Source: Peribolospora baueri
Lineage: Eukaryota
Length of the DNA: 64,000 nucleotides
Reading direction: 5' to 3'
NCBI GenBank assembly: GCA_029717555.1
Contig: JAMDHS010000020.1
Span: 62,001 to 126,000, forward strand
The position numbers and the translations under genes were made by a program. The notes beneath the pieces are model-generated. The model was not told where the DNA came from. It ran no database searches and saw only the letters and a program-made list of their open reading frames with translations. This document shows, piece after piece, positions 61,981 to 64,000 of this stretch (positions are counted from its first letter, which is position 1; every line of letters starts with the position of its first letter).

Positions 61981-63747
61981 CGCCGAAGCGGTACTCGCAG
62001 ACCTGACCCTCCCGCCTAGTGCGGACCGGAGGGTGGGTAGACAAGTGGAGAAGGTGGGTTTAGAAGAAGCGAGGGTCTGCTGAGGGGCGAGCATCACCGT
62101 CGGAGGGGTTTATTAACGTAGAGCGGGAAGCAGGAGCAATGACCGCTATGGAGAGACGCGAGCAGGATAGGATCGCAAGCGCTCTGATTGTGAGAGGGAG
62201 AGAGGGAAGGTGAGGGCCATCCGAGGCAGGTACGGACGGACCACTCTGCTTTTTTTTACTCTTATCGGGTCCGGACAAGCGATCTCATCCTTACGGGGCC
62301 ACCCACTGCGGGATGGCCGTCTGAACAGACCCGTGGGCTGGGCTGGGCTCGGAGAGGTGCTTTCCGCCGCAGGGGAGGGCGACGGATAGCAAACCGGAGG
62401 ACCGGTGGGGATGGAATAGTCAGCACGTTACCCGGAGACAGACCAGACCGGTAGGCAGGGCACTGCAACGACTCGGATAAGCGGTGGTGGACAACGGCGG
62501 TGCCGTCCTGGAACGGGCTTGATGCACCCGCTTGGAGTTTGCACATACGGCGCGCATGTTATCTATAGCCGTCCGTCCACTGAAAACTGAAGCGGGCACA
62601 GCCTGAGAGACGGGCTGACCTGGGCGTGTGCTCATCGCACCCGGAAGAGGCCAGGGCGTTCTCCAAGGCGGCGGAGAGCGACCCAGTTAGGTGTGCGCCC
62701 GCTGTACTCTTCTTGCTGTACTCCACCGGACGTTCCTCTCCCTGCGCTCAGGGCCGTCACGAGACGACGACACGTTCAAAGGCCATGGCAGGAAGCGCCG
62801 TCGTTGCGCGGAGCAGAGGAAGTATGCTCATATTAGCATTTTCGTTCGTCCCTGCCTCGCTCTCTCTGCCTCTTTGTCTCTCTGTCTCTTTCTGTCTCTC
62901 TCTTTCGCAAGCGGAGGTGGAACGGTGCGGACGGAGGGACGAGAAGACGAAGCGGGAGCGAGAGAGAGAGGAGAAGCGGATATGGACCGAAGATCAAAGA
63001 CGAAGAACCGCGCCGTGCCTACAGAGGACGTGGCAGACGAATACGAATACAAATTCGAATACGAACACGAATCATGACCGACCTGTCTCTGCATGGACAC
63101 GGATGGAGCTGCCAGGTGCCAGGCCCAGCGCGAGGGTCACTCTGGGCCTGCGCGCTGGCGGCGGTACCCTGGAGTCACCTCTTCGGAAAGCGGCTCCAAC
63201 TCGGACTAGGGCGGCGTTACGGTGTTCCTGCTGCGTCGTCATGGCTTATCATGCGTACGCACACCCAGCCAACACCCAGCAACACCCAACGACACCCACC
63301 GTCACGCTCGTCCCACTCTCTCAACACCCCGTGGCCGGGTGGACCTTTTACTCGAGTCCTGCCTTCTCCCGTCGGCATTCGCATGGATCCTGATATCCGG
63401 CTGTGGCCACCGCTCTCACGCCCGCTGACCTGCGCGCACAGCTTCTCCGTCGGCCTGTGCAGCCAGCAAGGCCTTCATGGCCCCGGCCTGGTGCTCCATG
63501 ATCTGCACCGACAGGCGGAACAATGTGTCCACCTATAATCTCATCATCGTCCCCTGCGGCGCGTGCTCCAACCAAGGCACGCAGCCAACGACACACCCTC
63601 TTAAAGCTCCACGGGGCCTCTCGTCGCACCGTCAGGTGTCCCTCCTTCCACCTCCACCGCCTTCGCCGCTTTCGACTCCATACCCATTCCCCTCTCCACC
63701 AACCCGTCCGGCGCGTCGTCCATCCACCGCCCTTGACATCGCTCAAG

Positions 63748-64000
63748 ATGGATCCGAGCGCCCTTCCGACGATGACCATCCCGGTCGTCAGCGAGACGCT
63801 CTTGCGGCAGCAAGGTGAGCAGTAGCAGTCACGAGCCGCCGCTGGGCATGGGCGAGAGAGAAGAAAAAAGGAAGGAATGAAGGAAGGAAAGGGCGCCCAC
63901 GCCAGCGTCGCTCGTCCGCCCCCTCGACTCTTCTCACCTCCGTGCGTGCGTCCCACCTCGCGCCTATAGCCACCTTCAACTACATTCAGGTAGCCTTTGC
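63748..64000 (+). CDS. 5' fragment of a probable gene running off the window
   Basis: ATG 63748 MDPSALPTMTIPVVSETLLRQQ, intron gtgagc..tag (63815-63969), then ATFNYIQVAF. Too short to assign. Confidence 0.35.

Noticed and set aside
48300..63700. Shared CGG-type regulatory motif across cluster promoters
   Set aside because: CGG/CCG triplets are everywhere at this GC content; no consistent spaced motif was found by eye.
1..64000. CRISPR arrays, rRNA, tRNA, prokaryotic operons
   Set aside because: None seen; repeats are simple microsatellites and the genes carry spliceosomal introns.

Overview
Eukaryotic, intron-rich (GT..AG, mostly GTGAG donors), GC-rich fungal DNA, most consistent with a basidiomycete; the species cannot be named from the sequence. 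About 1-47 kb is mostly housekeeping genes: JJJ1-like J-protein (partial), COX12, an orphan 7-TM protein, NADP-isocitrate dehydrogenase, Zn2Cys6 TF, SDR, TMEM19/DUF92, SH3 protein, a LARP7/Pof8-like La-RRM-xRRM protein, Nup188, COG6, divergent RPS13/RPS6, SPC2, an EF-hand-like protein and MAK5. At 23-25 kb a transposon relic has two diverged Ty3/Gypsy integrase fragments fused as a ~1.4 kb inverted repeat, downstream of a candidate solo LTR. About 47-62 kb is the main result: a compact candidate biosynthetic cluster with no NRPS, PKS or terpene synthase in the window. It contains a decayed MFS exporter, a P450, an HpcH/HpaI aldolase, a flavin amino-acid oxidase, two FAD-PCMH/BBE-like oxidases and a DMATS prenyltransferase. 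Exon boundaries were read by eye; no database searches were run.
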